Shown: piece by piece, positions 25,025 through 38,559 of the stretch
Layout: every line of letters begins with the position of its first letter
How positions within the stretch are numbered: the stretch's first letter is position 1
NCBI GenBank assembly: GCA_002104905.1
Contig: MCFE01000502.1
Coordinates: 1,707 to 65,706 of the forward strand
Direction: 5' to 3'
Origin: Basidiobolus meristosporus CBS 931.73
Lineage: Eukaryota; Fungi; Basidiobolomycota
DNA: 64,000 nucleotides
Position numbers and translations under genes: made by a program
Notes under the pieces: model-generated
The model's input: the letters and a program-made list of their open reading frames with translations, nothing else
Database searches by the model: none
Told to the model about the DNA's origin: nothing

Positions 25025-28000
25025 ATGGCGAAAAAAACTGGTGGCTCGGGGACCTTGGAACTTGGTGGCTCGAACATTATTTCGAATTGGTTCTTCATTT
25101 GGGTTTTTCGCTTATTGGCTAGGGTGAATACCATTGACGCCGGATTGGAACTGTTGACTTTGAAGAAAACTGAGACCTCCAAAATTGTTGGGTCTAAGCT
25201 CGAAAAAAACTGGCAAAAGGAGATTACACGTTCTAGCATTGGGTAGGGGCTATTCATTCTTCGGTACTCCCAAATCGTCAGGTGACTGATCCCTTCTCTT
25301 CTTTGTTTTTAATCCGTTAGAGTGCCTTCCATCAGACGGGCGCTTTTTGCCACGTTTAGAGGAAAATATTTGTTGATTGGAGTTTACAAAATCTTTTGGG
25401 CTGCATTCATATATCTTGGAGCCTACCTGTTTTTGAAGCGACTGATCCAACACAGTACCAATGTCCTCTCGGAGGAAGATCATTCATCATATGTGACTGC
25501 ACACGTTTACGCCGTTGTACTGTTTTTGTCCGCTATATTCTCTAGCATTTGTATCCATCAACTTTCTGCCGAGTGTACGCGTATTGGGGTTCAGGTGAGT
25601 TGGGCACAGTAAATTGCGAATCAAGAGTTGATGTTTAATCCCAATAATCCATTCCAAAGGTTCGCGCTGCCCTCATGGTGCTTATATATCGCAAGGCGCT
25701 GAAGCTCAGTACAGTACAGGGAGGTGTAGGAGATGTTGGTAAGTTATTCCGCTACACCACTGCCTGACTGATTCCTGAGCTCACCATGCTTACCATCTTT
25801 GTGATCGAAGTTAACTTGGTCGCCGAGGATTGCAATCGGTAACATCATTTTCTCCCTTATATCCTGATATGCGATCTGAGCTGTTTTTCTTTTTTTTTGG
25901 ATGTATAGCATTGCGGAAGCCTGCGTACATTTCCATTATTTATGGGGTACAGCATTGGAGATTCTTGGTAAGATAGGATCGGCATGAGCGTCTGTCGAGC
26001 AATCTATTAAACTCCAATATCATAGCTGTGATTGCTATCGCTGCATACGAACTCAGGCTGGCTGCGTTACCTGGTATATTCCAATTCTTAGAAACATTTC
26101 CATGTAAAGAGGCCCTAATGGGTTTTTTAATTAGCCGTGGCTATTCTTATCATCTTCTTTCCAATTCAGTATGCCTTGGGCCAACTGACCTCAAGATTGT
26201 CAACAGATATGGCTAGATCCACTACCTACCGTGTCTATCTGATGTCGGAAATTTTGACCGCTATCAAGCTGATCAAATTCCATGCCTGGGAAATGTTCTT
26301 TTGTGATAGGGTGTCGAAGGCTAGAGCGCAGGAAATGGTGCACCTTCGTCGTGGATTGCTTGCGAAATGCTGGAGCGCGCTCTTGATTTTCGGAACACCA
26401 ATTTTACTCACTGTGATATGTTTCGTAATGGCTGAAAAGATTGGAAGCACCAGAGAACTGACTGCTACTCTTGTATTTACCATTCTATCCACTTTTAACA
26501 CTCTAAGGTAACCTAGGGTTTATCTATATGGGTGTTTAACCTGCTAATTCTTCCCCCTTAGATATCCTTTCGTTATGCTTCCAATGGCAGTCAGAACAAC
26601 CTATGGTACCATCATCTTGTTGGCGTTCTGTGATATTACTATAGAGCTAATACCTCCCATAGGCGCATTCATTTCTTTTGAGAGAATTGATAGATTTCTA
26701 CTACAACCAGAGGTGAAGCCACTCTCATCTCCTGAGCACCCTCCCGCTGACAACAGAACTAAAATCGACCTGGTCGGTATTGTTATTACCAGTATCGTCA
26801 CAGCAGTTGATTCTAAAGAGCTTTTGCATCTGTATAGCAAAATGCTACATTTTGTTGGACCTCAAACTCCGACCCTACAATCAAAGATTTCTCGTTGAAG
26901 GTCAAAAAAGGTGAAATCGTCGCTATTGTGGGAGACGTTGGAGCTGGAAGTAAGATGAGCAATTTATGCATTGCTTGAGGAAGCTTATCTAAACATTCAT
27001 TTTTTGACCACTCTAGAATCATCTTTGCTCTTGGCGATAATGGTAACATCTCTTGCTTTTTTGCAGTGTCCTGATAAACTAACATGATGCATAATCGATA
27101 GGGCCAAATTACAAAAACGGGTGGCGCGTTGTCAATATTCGGATCCATTGCTTATGTCCCTTTCGATTCCTGGCTACTGAATGCTAGCCTGAGAGATAAT
27201 ATACTCTTTGGGTCGCCATATGATCCTGAGAAATACAAGATGATACTGCAAGTATGTGCACTATCCAAAGACCTCGAACAGCTATCGTACGGCGATGAAA
27301 CGGAAATTGGGGAGCATGGGTTCAATCTTACATTGGCGCAAAGGCATAGAGTAAGTTTAGCTAGAGCTGCATACAGCTCAGCGGATATCGTCCTTTTGGA
27401 CGATACACTTAGCTCCATGGCCACTCAGACCGGAAAGCATATATTTAACGAATGTATCCGAGGATTCATGAAGGACAAGGCAGTTGTGTTTGTAACCAAC
27501 CAGCCGCAATACTTGCCAGAGTGTGATTTTGTTGTCGTGATGAAATCGGGTATGGATTTCGTGCGAGGAACCTATGAAGAGCTTCTCGCGCAGGATTTCA
27601 ATGTCCGCAGTCTGATCGGAGAGAGTATCGAAATTGAGGATCCCTTCTCTATGGATGATTTTCAACCAGACACGCGGCACGAACAGCTCCCTCCAAATGC
27701 TAAGATCAGACAATCCGACGACAATGGCGAGCCTTCAGCGCAACGTAGTTCAAGCGAAAATATTCCATCCGTTTCTTTCGCCGATCCCCGCAGCAAGGCA
27801 TATAGCAGCAACATCCCAAGGGTGAAGACTCTTGGTACTCCAGGAATGTCGGGAAACAATTCATCCCATCTGCTCACCACAAACAATACAGATGCCAATG
27901 AGCTTACCATCCACAGACTGATCGAGCTGAATGCTAGAACTGCAACCAGAGCAGAGGCTACTAGTTCAGCCGATGAACAGACTGTCGTGAAAATCATCGA

Positions 28001-31000
28001 GCGTAATCAATTGACTGTTATTGGTGGCGGTGCACCACTGATGGGACAGGCATTGCCGAATCGAGAATTAAATAGTATGGCCAAGGCTATCGAGCAAAAC
28101 CAGCTGACGATCCATAGTCTTCATCATGGAGTTGGTGGAAATTCATCCGAGGTGGAAGAAAATGAGACACAAGCCCAAAAGCTGTCCAGTATCACGAAGT
28201 ACAAGTACTATTTCCAAGGCAGCCCAGGTGTAACGATCACCATTGCGGTGATTGTGCTATTCTTTGTGGTGCACGCAGTCCGTACTTTCAGCGGTAAGGA
28301 TCGTCCATTTGCAGTGGGGCATCGTAATCATGAGGCACTAATAGCGTGTTTTTGTTCCTTGAACAGACTACTGGTTAAAATTGACTGTTGACAGCTCCGA
28401 CCCGGATCTCTTGACGTATTATTTACCGGTTTACGCTGGCTTAGGAGTAAGAGGCAGTCTTTGGCTGTAAACCCAAGAAAGTTATTTATCTCGTTTTCAG
28501 GCTGCGTTTTTGATAGGGATTGCTCTCCGGGGACATATTTATATATGGGTGGTAATCAAAAAGACCACTTCTTATCATACTCGAGCTTTGAACGTAACGA
28601 TCTTATATTGACTGGAATCTGCTACACTTCGATTACTAACCGATGTCATGTTAGGCTATTATGCAAGCAAGAATGTCCTACTTTGACTATACGCCGTTGT
28701 CGCGAATCTTGAATGTATTTGCCCGACACCAATACCTAATTGACGATTACCTCACTGAGGCTGCTCTGCAAGTATGTTGGATTACTACCATTCATAGATG
28801 TGGGATGTGGGAGTTTCTGCTTACGATATGGTGTTCTAACGTGATTGATGTTTCTACTAATAGGCTTTACAATTCTTACCACTTATCTTCATGACCTTGC
28901 TACTGATCATGATCCTGGTTCCGTATTCTATTATCGCAGTGGTCCTACTTCTCATACTAGTCGGGTAAGGCAATTTCTTGAATACGATCGAGCTTAGATG
29001 AGAACTAACAAAACCATCCAGATTTCTGATTTGGTATTCGCGTGTTGCCGAAGAGAATCTCAAGATGCTTGAAGGTACTAAATACATTCTTGCTGGATCA
29101 CGTGCAGCCGGTTTCATTAAGATGCTTTCTCAACCCTCGATAGCCTACAGCAAGCCCCAGCTATTTGCACATCTTTCGGCGACATTGGAAGGGTTGTCTA
29201 GCATTCGGGTGTACAAATTACAAACGCGATTCGATAGCTTCAATTTACTTAAAATCGACGTCAGCAGTAAAGCGTTATATGCTAAATCTATCGGTATGGT
29301 CCTTCACACAAATTACCTCAAATGCGACGATGGTACTGACACACTGAAACCATTTCAGTCAAGGCCTGGCTGTCCTTGTATATCGATCTCACAGCATCAC
29401 TTTTCGTGTATATTGTGGCATTATTGATATTGTCGGTGCACCGGGAAGGCGGAGCTGTAAAAGAGAGTAAAGTAGGCTTGGTTCTTACCAATGCCTTACA
29501 GTTGCTGGTGTTTGGTCAATGGACAGTTCAAGCATTGCGGGATGTTCATGGATCAATGAGTAACGTGAAGCAACTGGTCGAATTTACTGAAGATATTCCT
29601 TCGGAGGTAGCATTTTATGGATATTTGCTAGTCGTCAGTCTCAAAATACTCACTTACTTTCACTAGGCTGCCCTGATGTTCAAGGATGTTAGGCCGCCTG
29701 AAAACTGGCCTCAGGATGGACAGGTGCATACGAATTATTATTGATGATCGACGATGTAACTGATATTGATGGGGTTCCTCGAATGCATAGATTGAATACC
29801 AAAACGTCCTATTGCGATACAACCGGTATGGCGTGGCCGTGTTAAAAAACGTCTCGTTCAAAATCCATGCCAAGGAAAAAGTGGGGATTGTTGGAAGAAC
29901 CGGATCAGGTGAGAATGTTTGCTAAATACGTTTGCAGTCGTAAAGCCTAATGGTGTTGTCGCTAGGTAAATCCACTCTTCTTGTTAGTCTTCTACGCATA
30001 GTAGAAGCTGCAGAAGGGAAAATATTAGTTGATGGCTTAGACATCAGCACTATTGGACTCTGTGACTTACGTAATAAGATTGATGTAATACCACAAGGTA
30101 CCGTTCTATTTACCCTCTAGCTCATCGATCAATCGGGTATTAACATGTGACCATTTTCAGAGCCGGTCCTGTTTGTCGGCACCATAAGATCCAACCTTGA
30201 TCCTTTCGACCGGTGTGCTGAGAATGAGATATGGTCGGCGCTTGAGGCGGTCCACATGAGTGAAAAGATCAAATCGATGCCATTGAAACTCGACGAGCAA
30301 GTAGTAGGTTTGTATCACAACAGAGCAACCTCTTTCGTGGATATCTGACTGACTTTCGCTGGTAGAAAACGGGAAAAACTTTTCACTTGGACAGCGTCAG
30401 TTGTTGTGCATTGCTAGGGCTATTCTGACGAAATGTAAAATTCTGCTGCTGGACGGTAAGTGCTAGTAAATTTCGGCCACATGCAGATTCCCTGCCTCAT
30501 ATCCATTTACAGAGGCAACCAGCGCCATTGATATGCAGACTGACCAGCTTGTACAAGAAACGATAAAAAAGAACTTCGTTAATTACACGGTTCTCACTAT
30601 CGCGCACCGCCTAAACACTATCATAGAGTCGGATCGCATATTGGTTTTGGACGAAGGAAAGGTCGTAGAGTTCGATACTCCTATTAATCTCCTCAACAAT
30701 CCAGAGGGGTTCTTCTACTCTCTGGTCAAACGTAACGGCAATGAATCCCTTCAAAAGCTCCGAAATATGGCGATGACTCATACAACGCAAAACCCTCGTG
30801 CGCAGGGACCCTCTGAGACATCGTCACATCGCAAAGATATCATCCCACCATCGCTTGACGTTTTTAGTCAACACAATAATACCGCACCATCCATTTTGTC
30901 AAGCAATACATCCTACATTTCTTCGCATAATGGTCAAGACCCTGCTCGGCCTCGCCCGGAGATTTCGCAGCGGAACCAATCGCTAGAGACCATGTTTTCG

Positions 31001-31066
31001 TCGACATCGGGAACACAGCCTCAGCAGCATTCAAACGCTGGGTCCTCCGGTTCCAAGCATACCTAA
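25025..31066 (+). CDS. ABCC/MRP-type full ABC transporter (TMD-NBD-TMD-NBD), ~20+ exons, with atypical NBD1
   Basis: TMD1 ...[21 protein letters not shown]; NBD1 Walker A GDVGAGKSS; TMD2 [22 protein letters not shown]; NBD2 [41 protein letters not shown]. Confidence 0.93.
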
Positions 31067-32709
31067 TGCCATCCACATCTACGTCTAATGGAAAGTTCGA
31101 CTAATATTCTCCCGTGGTTATGTTTTCTTGTTAATTTTAATTTTGAATATATTTTCATGAAATCCTGTCCTTTCGCTCGAGTACTCGCCTGGTTAGGACA
31201 CCGTAGTACTATTTGAATAAAACTAGGTGGGCTTTAAATCACGCCATTGTCCAGTGTTCATTCTGGTGATCTACCTTTCAATACAATACCAATATTCCCG
31301 GTATCTAGGGGTAAGCTAAACGGTGGTATACTGAAGCATCCATTGATCGGAAAGCTTGGCACAGAGAACATATACATCAAAGTCTTCTAAGCGATTTGGC
31401 TACGACTTCTGTTTGACAGGCCCCTACATCACAAAGTTGTTACTATACATGTCAATCAACTTCATATGGTACAGCCGATATAGAGAATACTAGACTATCT
31501 ATTTTAAGCGATGCATTGCAACTGGTGGCAGCTAGGAAGGCTTGGCGTGCACATTAGAATATCCACAAGACTAATATCAAATAATAAAGGGCTTAAGAGA
31601 TGTATGCAGAATTTTGTGGCTTTTGGACGACTTGGTACAAGGTCTATCTTTTCAACATTTCACAATTCTGAAGAAATAACCCAAATATACACACTGAAAT
31701 CACCAACAGGAAATCATCCAAAACGCTTAGATGAGTTGGAAATGGTATATGCCGTGGTATCACCAAGACTGGTGAAATCCCAGCAATGGAAGCCTGGGTA
31801 AGGATTTTAAGACAACTAAACGATGCATGTGAAGGCAGGTGCCAAGATGACAAAATATTACCTCCGTACTCTCCGAGAAAATTGCGGGTACCTGTTTGGC
31901 TTTGGAGTACAAATGAAGGGGCAGCTCATTCATTGTACTAGACTTGTGCCTTGATTTGAATAGTGGATAATACCGAGAACTGAAGACCAAGTCTAGCTTG
32001 GCATTCGGCAATGAGAAAGCAATTCAGGGCATGTACACGTCGGGAAGGGCAATGCGATTGTTTATATTCCCTTTTGAACATCCGTTGACTCCCTTGAGGT
32101 TCTACCGCAAGCAGTCCATCAATGAGGCATTGGATTAAGCTTAATTCGCATTTGGTTGCTGGCGTAGAATTAGTGATTTGGCAGGGTACGTTGTTGGTTA
32201 ATGATCGAGCCAACACGTAGTTCCTAATCCCGAGACGAGAGCGCGACATGATAGGCTATCGATCCGTAGCTCGGCTTATTAATTCCTACAAATTAGTGTC
32301 GATTTGGAATACTTGCGTCAGTTGAGCGAAAATATTGAAGAATCGAAATATTCATACGAATTGGATCGGAAAAATAAGCGGTCTTATCAATGGGTGTAAT
32401 CTGATTGTAGGGATTATTCATTGGGTTTAATAGAGTGGATTTTATAAAACATCATACACTTTCGAACAATTGGGCAGTCCCATGGATTCACCCAACAAAT
32501 ATGCGATCGATGAGGCCTTCCGTATGATTTAAATCACTGACTTGAGTGAGTGTTAGCAATCTTGTGATAGTGTTACAAAGTTTATTGAGCTTCGCATTGC
32601 CTCCTTCCCAAGATAACTCAGTGGCCGACTAAAATCGTCCACACTCTTCTATTTCGCGACGATACCTACCGAAAGTGCAACTTCTGACTTTGGTACTCGC
32701 TCTCGCTTC

Positions 32710-35700
32710 ATGGATTTGAACCAATCAGTTCTAGAATTCTTGAAGGCAGCAGCTGAGGTAAGCTCCACCATTTACAGTTTGAATTGAAGGTTCCAATACG
32801 AATATCTTGGTATACCAATCCAGGAACAAGAGGGAACAGATGGAGAAGTGCTGAAGGAGAGAGAGAATGAAGGCGATTCTCCAGGTGACTCACTGAAAAG
32901 CTATGCCACTCTGCCTTTTAATACTAAAGCATTTTGAATACAAGAGCCCGAAATCGGTTCGTCAGTTAGGAAGCTAGAACGGAGGCCTACAATCATCGAT
33001 ATCGGAGTGAGTTCGTCACTTGATGCGATATTTCCCGAAGCGAGCAAAGACAAGCCTCTTGATTCCAGTAATCTAAATGAGTACGACTCAAACGAAACCA
33101 CAACACCCGAGCAGCGCTCCGAAAGAATCCTACAATGCTCGAAGAAGCTAAAGGCAGCATTCAATTTATTGACCGATGATACACTGGTTGCTGGTAAATA
33201 CCGAAAGCTTTATCAAGTGAAGGTTCGTCACACTAACAGAGTGGATTCTTTTTCAGAATTTTCCTGCTCGCTTATCTCTTATATCCTTCTCAAAGGATAC
33301 ATGTACCTTACCGATCAACACATCTGCTTTTTCGCATCGACCAACCGAAAGAAGCTGGTATGGCCTGGACTACTTGACATGTGACTGAAGAGTATAAATA
33401 CTGACATTTAGCGCAGTCAACCACCGAGCGCTCAGGGTTCCTGCATCTAAAGACCAGGAATATCGGATCATTCAGCACATTCTGGTTTGTACTCAGAGAA
33501 GGGACGATCAGCTACTACGCCAATTCCACCGATATATACTACCCTCTTGACGTGGTAGACTTGAAATATGTTGTTGCTTTGAAGAAGAATGACAAGAAGA
33601 ACATCATACAGATCGTTACACCAGAAAAGAATTTTATTATCCAGGCGGATACCCCGATGGCGATGAATGAATGGTTAGTTTCCAAAGTTTGGCACGCCTC
33701 TATCTGCGTTGCTGTAACCAATATTCGGCATTCCCAGGATCAAGGATATCATTGATGTTGTTTGCACGCTGCGTAACGGAGATGGAATCAAGGTGAGTTT
33801 CTCTATTCGTCTTCATTGCTCGAAATACTCAAGGTTACTTTTAGTTGGCCATCGCTCTGGATCACGTGGTCGACGTGGAGGTAACAAGTAGTTTTAATCA
33901 CCACGATTCTCTTTGCATCCGGTGCTTTGAAAACGAGAATTCAGTCACGATAGATGAGGTAACAGGAAACCCTTGCTCATGAAAGGCTTGATCTGCCCTA
34001 ACAGTTGGCTATGGATGTAGTACTACTTTACGTACTTTCACGACACCAAACATGTTCGGGACGAAATATATAAGCACCTACCAAATGTGGAGCAACCTAA
34101 CCATCGTGCCACGGCGACCCTAGCTCCGAATGAAGATGAAAAAACCTCGCCTAAATCCAAGCGACTCTCAGGGCTTGCCTCGATTCTCAGCAAAATCAAC
34201 TTCACAGAGGGCCCGGGTGAATGGCTAAGTGAAAGATCCACCTCTTCCAGCTCAAAAACCCGTGATCCAAAGAGTCCCCACCATGATGAATTAGACGGGT
34301 TTGACCTGCACACGGGCGAGGAAACCCAGGAAAAAGGTCACTGGTGGATCCCAACTATCCCCACCCTTTCAAAGCGTCACCGCTCCCCCGAACAGAAAGA
34401 ACACGATCTCAAGAAATTGTTTGCTTTACCAACGAAGGAACGAATTATCAAAGGTGCGCCTTTTATTCTTGATATCTTGGCTTGTTTTGTTTTTTGTTAA
34501 GTAGGTTGAATTCCAGGGTTCAAAGGGGCTTTGCTGCGTACGTTGCCTGTCAGGGGGAAGATCTACGTCTCAGACCACCACATCCTCTACAAATCCAAGG
34601 TTATTGGGAACAATCTGAAAGTCATCATTCCTTTCGAAGATGTGCATGAAATCCACAAACGCGTTGGAAGTATGATCTTCCCATATGGCATCTATTTTTT
34701 GACGATTAGTCAGATCGAAATCCTCGTGGCATTCGGCGCAGAGAGTGCGCGTGATGAATTCTTTGAGTTGGTTTCCTCACTTATGGGCCAGGTCAAGGAA
34801 AGGCCAGGATTGTTGAGAAAGCAATCGATGATCTTTGAAGATGAATTGGATACGCATCCAAAACGTCCCATCAACGGGATTCAATCGCTCTCGTACCCTG
34901 TATTCGATACCAATACAACCATCGAGAAACCCCAGTCTATACATGTCACTTGCCTGACCATCGGAACTAGAGGCGACGTACAGCCATACATTGCGCTTTG
35001 TAAGGGCCTAATGAAGCGCGGGCATCGATGCCGCATCGCTACACACGCCGAATACAAAGACTGGGTCGAAAGCCATGGCATCGAGTTTCGAGAGGTTGCG
35101 GGTGATCCCGCGGAGTTGATGCGTTTGTGCGTGGACAATGGAATGTTTAGTATTTCTTTTATAAGGGAAGGGATATCCAAATTTCGTGGTTGGTTAGACG
35201 AGCTCTTCGTTACAGCTTGGGAGGCTTGTCAAGGGACCGACCTAATTATCGAATCTCCAAGCGCGATGGCAGGTGTCCACATTGCCGAAAAACTCGACGT
35301 CCCTTTTTACTCGTGCTTCACAATGCCATGGACTAGAACACGTAGCTATCCTCATCCGTTCGCTGTTCCCGATCATCATATAGGAGGGAGTTACAACTAT
35401 ATGACGTACATGCTCTTCGATCAAGTCTTCTGGAAAGGAACCGGATGGCAAATCAACAGATGGCGCAAAAAGCACCTTGGCTTACCATCGACCTCTCCTG
35501 ACAAGATGGCTTTACACAGAATTCCGTTCTTGTATTGTTTTAGTGCCGAGATAGTCCCCCCCGCACCCGACTGGCCCGATTGGATTCATCTTTGTGGATA
35601 TTGGTTTTTGGATAACCCGGATCAGAGCTGGAAGCCTCCTCAGAGCCTACTAGACTTCTTGAATGTCACTCCGAAGCCAGTGTATATAGGGTTTGGCTCC

Positions 35701-36357
35701 ATCGTAGTACAGGATCCAGAGAAAATGACCAACATAATCATTGAGGGCGTTCGCAAAGCAGGAGTGAGGGCAATCGTTTCTAAAGGATGGTCCTCGAGGC
35801 TTCAGCAAGAAGGAAAGGAGCCCAAAGAGAAGGTGGAATTCCCAGATTTCATCTACTCCCTGGACTCTGTACCTCATGATTGGCTATTCCCCCAAGTGGC
35901 CGGTGTTGTGCATCATGGTGGTGCAGGAACGACCTCGGCTGGTATAAGAGCTGGTGTCCCGACAGTTATTAAGCCATTCTTTGGTGATCAGTTTTTCTGG
36001 GGTAATCGTGTTCAAGACATGGGGATTGGCTTGTGCCTGAAAAAGCTTACAGTTGAAAAGCTCGCACACGCATTACAGACAATCACGACTGACGAGAAGA
36101 TCATCAAACGATCTCAAATTGCAGGTGAGAAAGTCAGAGCCGAGAATGGGGTTGAGAATGCGATCAATTACATATTTCGTGATTATGAGCTTGCTCGACG
36201 CCGCACAACGAAATCGTCGGGGCTTTACGAGCTTTCCAAATCACCACTTGCGTTGAGCTTCGAAGCAAGCTCTGATGAAGGTGAGCATATGGAAGAGCTG
36301 CCAGTCCCAAGTCCAGTCAACCATAGTGCATTGCGTAGCGCCTCAGATATACAGTAG
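32710..36357 (+). CDS. ATG26: Sterol 3-beta-glucosyltransferase (GRAM-PH-GRAM-GT1), multi-exon
   Basis: GRAM (GYMYLTDQHICFFA), PH (FIIQADTPMAMNEW), second GRAM (GKIYVSDHHILYKS) and catalytic domain TIGTRGDVQPY...VHHGGAGTT...PFFGDQFFWG. Confidence 0.95.
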
Positions 36358-37301
36358 CTGTGATCGGCATGCATTCTCTAACCAGCCGAGCACACCGATA
36401 TTGTTTTCCATTACGACCGAGCACTAGGAATCCCTTCGCTTCAGAACCTGTGAAGTGACCAGGTGCTTGTATGAATCTGAATGTTTTTTACGCCAGCATC
36501 TCAAACGCCACTAGTTGGTGTCGATCAGATTATTCAATTTTATCACTTATACATATTCAATTAAAACAATACCAAGTTGTTACAAACCAAACATTTTTCA
36601 CAATGAAAGGAGCGTAGGAAAATGCACGAGTCTCTGATCTGTTAGGCTGCGAATCCTTCAATCTGACAGTTGCTAGAATGCTACCATCATTCATTGTAAG
36701 GGTGTTGGGGTTGCAAATTGTATTGCCCTTCAATGCCAAACTACAATACTAAACACGGTGCCAGGTGCTACTTTCATTCATGATATATCGTTGAATATTT
36801 GCTTCCAGCGTTGATTTCTTAGCAGGTGCTGAAAGATACCTCAATGGATGTATAGGTGCATATTCAAGTGGCGAAGCTCCAATCGGAAAATGAAAGTTGA
36901 GGCGGGGTGATGCATCATTCAACTCGCATACATTTAGCTTTGCATACACATCTTATCTCCATAGAATAACTATGTCCCGAATTGCTCATTGGAATTTTCC
37001 TTGATGGTCTCCTTTTTACCAGTTTCTATCTCTAGTGCTTTGTTTTGGTTTACCTCTTGACAGCTCTTGCTCTATTTTGCTTTCTTCGCCATACACGCGT
37101 TCAACACCATAGACTTTCCCACTTACAAAGCGTCCCTTCAGTCGTATACTGTGGATATATTCTGTTCTATTTCGTGAGTCAAGTCTTGATATTTACCTAC
37201 GTACCTCAAGATATTCATACTTTAAGGCGAATCTATAGCTAGAATTAAGAGCCACAAGAACCATTCAAGCGTTCTTTCAGGGAACGCTGGCTCCCGCTAT
37301 C

Positions 37302-38559
37302 ATGAAAAAGCCTCTCTCTATACCCCAAATAATTGGTGCTTATATATTAATATCTTTGGGTAGGGAGACAGACCACTTCCATTGACAATGCCAATGTTTT
37401 CTAAAGCTTTTTCCTTTCTCAGTCCTCAATGTCGTGTCTCTTCCCCAACTCTCTCAGTCACCCCTCAGCGGTTCGACAACTGCTGGGAATAATCTACCCA
37501 AGCCTTCACCAGTCACATTCATTCCAACCCTCTCGAATAGTAGCTGCCCACAAGGGACACACGATTGTGGCTTCTTCAAATGCGTTTCTGAACCTGGCTG
37601 CCCGTTAGGTTGGTGAGTTTAAATTCGTGTTTAATGGTTGCGAATGATAGAAAACTTATCTTAGATTTCCCATGCTGCTAAAATATGACCGGTCTCACAG
37701 ACTGTCACTTCTATGATAAAGAGCAGAACTGTAATGCCATCCGAATGAACGGTGTTGGTTGTATCTGGCAAAAGCGCCGTTGCTTTAGAGGTATATTCCA
37801 GTATACTACCACTTATGACGGATCCTCTAATATTTGAATTCCCAATTTCTTTCTCAAGACATCAAATGTACGCTTCTCCCGGATAATAGATGCTCCCCAG
37901 GCTGCTTCAACTGTGGTAGATACAAATGTCTTCCGGATGGCGGACTATGTCCTAAAGGTTAGCACCAGCTATATAGGCGACAAACATGTTTACCGTGACT
38001 GAGCTTTTTCTATAGGATGCGATTCATATTTCACGCAATCCGAATGTCAAAATACTATGGCTTTTAATGGGGTTGGGTGCCAGTGGACAGGAGAAGCATG
38101 CGACTATCGTTAGTTATCCCCTTGTTTCTAATTTTTCGATGGCCAGGTTTTGATGTCCGGAATTTTGTTAAAGGCAATTTGGAGATTCGCATGGAAAGGC
38201 CCAATAGCGATGATGCAGTGTTCATGCTCCCTGGATCCAACTCCACCGTCGTTAGTGAGCCAGCGCCGAACGAGCCTGTAGAGTATACCAAAATGAAAAC
38301 AGCTAGCAAGTGGGGCCCCATCATAGGTATTACAGTTGGGGCCATTGCAGCAGTCGGAATGATCTTCGTATTGGTTCACAAGAGAGTCGAGTCCAAAAAG
38401 GAATTTGAGAGGCAAGTTAGACTGATGCATGGAATCGATGTTCATGACCAGCTACCAAAAGCTGAACACCGGCCACACTCATTTGTAAAGGCAGTTAGGA
38501 ATGTGCTGGGATTACACAAGCAAGAGGCTAGTTTATCCACCGTGGCCCTGACAGACTAG
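37302..38559 (+). CDS. Type I membrane protein with two tandem Cys-rich extracellular repeats, 6 exons
   Basis: Signal peptide, then in-phase exons giving CPQGTHDCGFFKCVSEPGCPLDCHFYDKEQNC...NGVGCIW...C and CSPGCFNCGRYKCLPDGGLCPKGCDSYFTQSEC...NGVGCQW...C, a TM helix IIGITVGAIAAVGMIFVLV and a basic cytosolic tail. Confidence 0.78.

Noticed and set aside
26561-26570. ATATCCTTT, resembling a U12-type 5' splice site in the ABC gene
   Set aside because: It lies just after an AG acceptor and encodes R-Y-P-F of the conserved TMD1 motif, so it is exonic.
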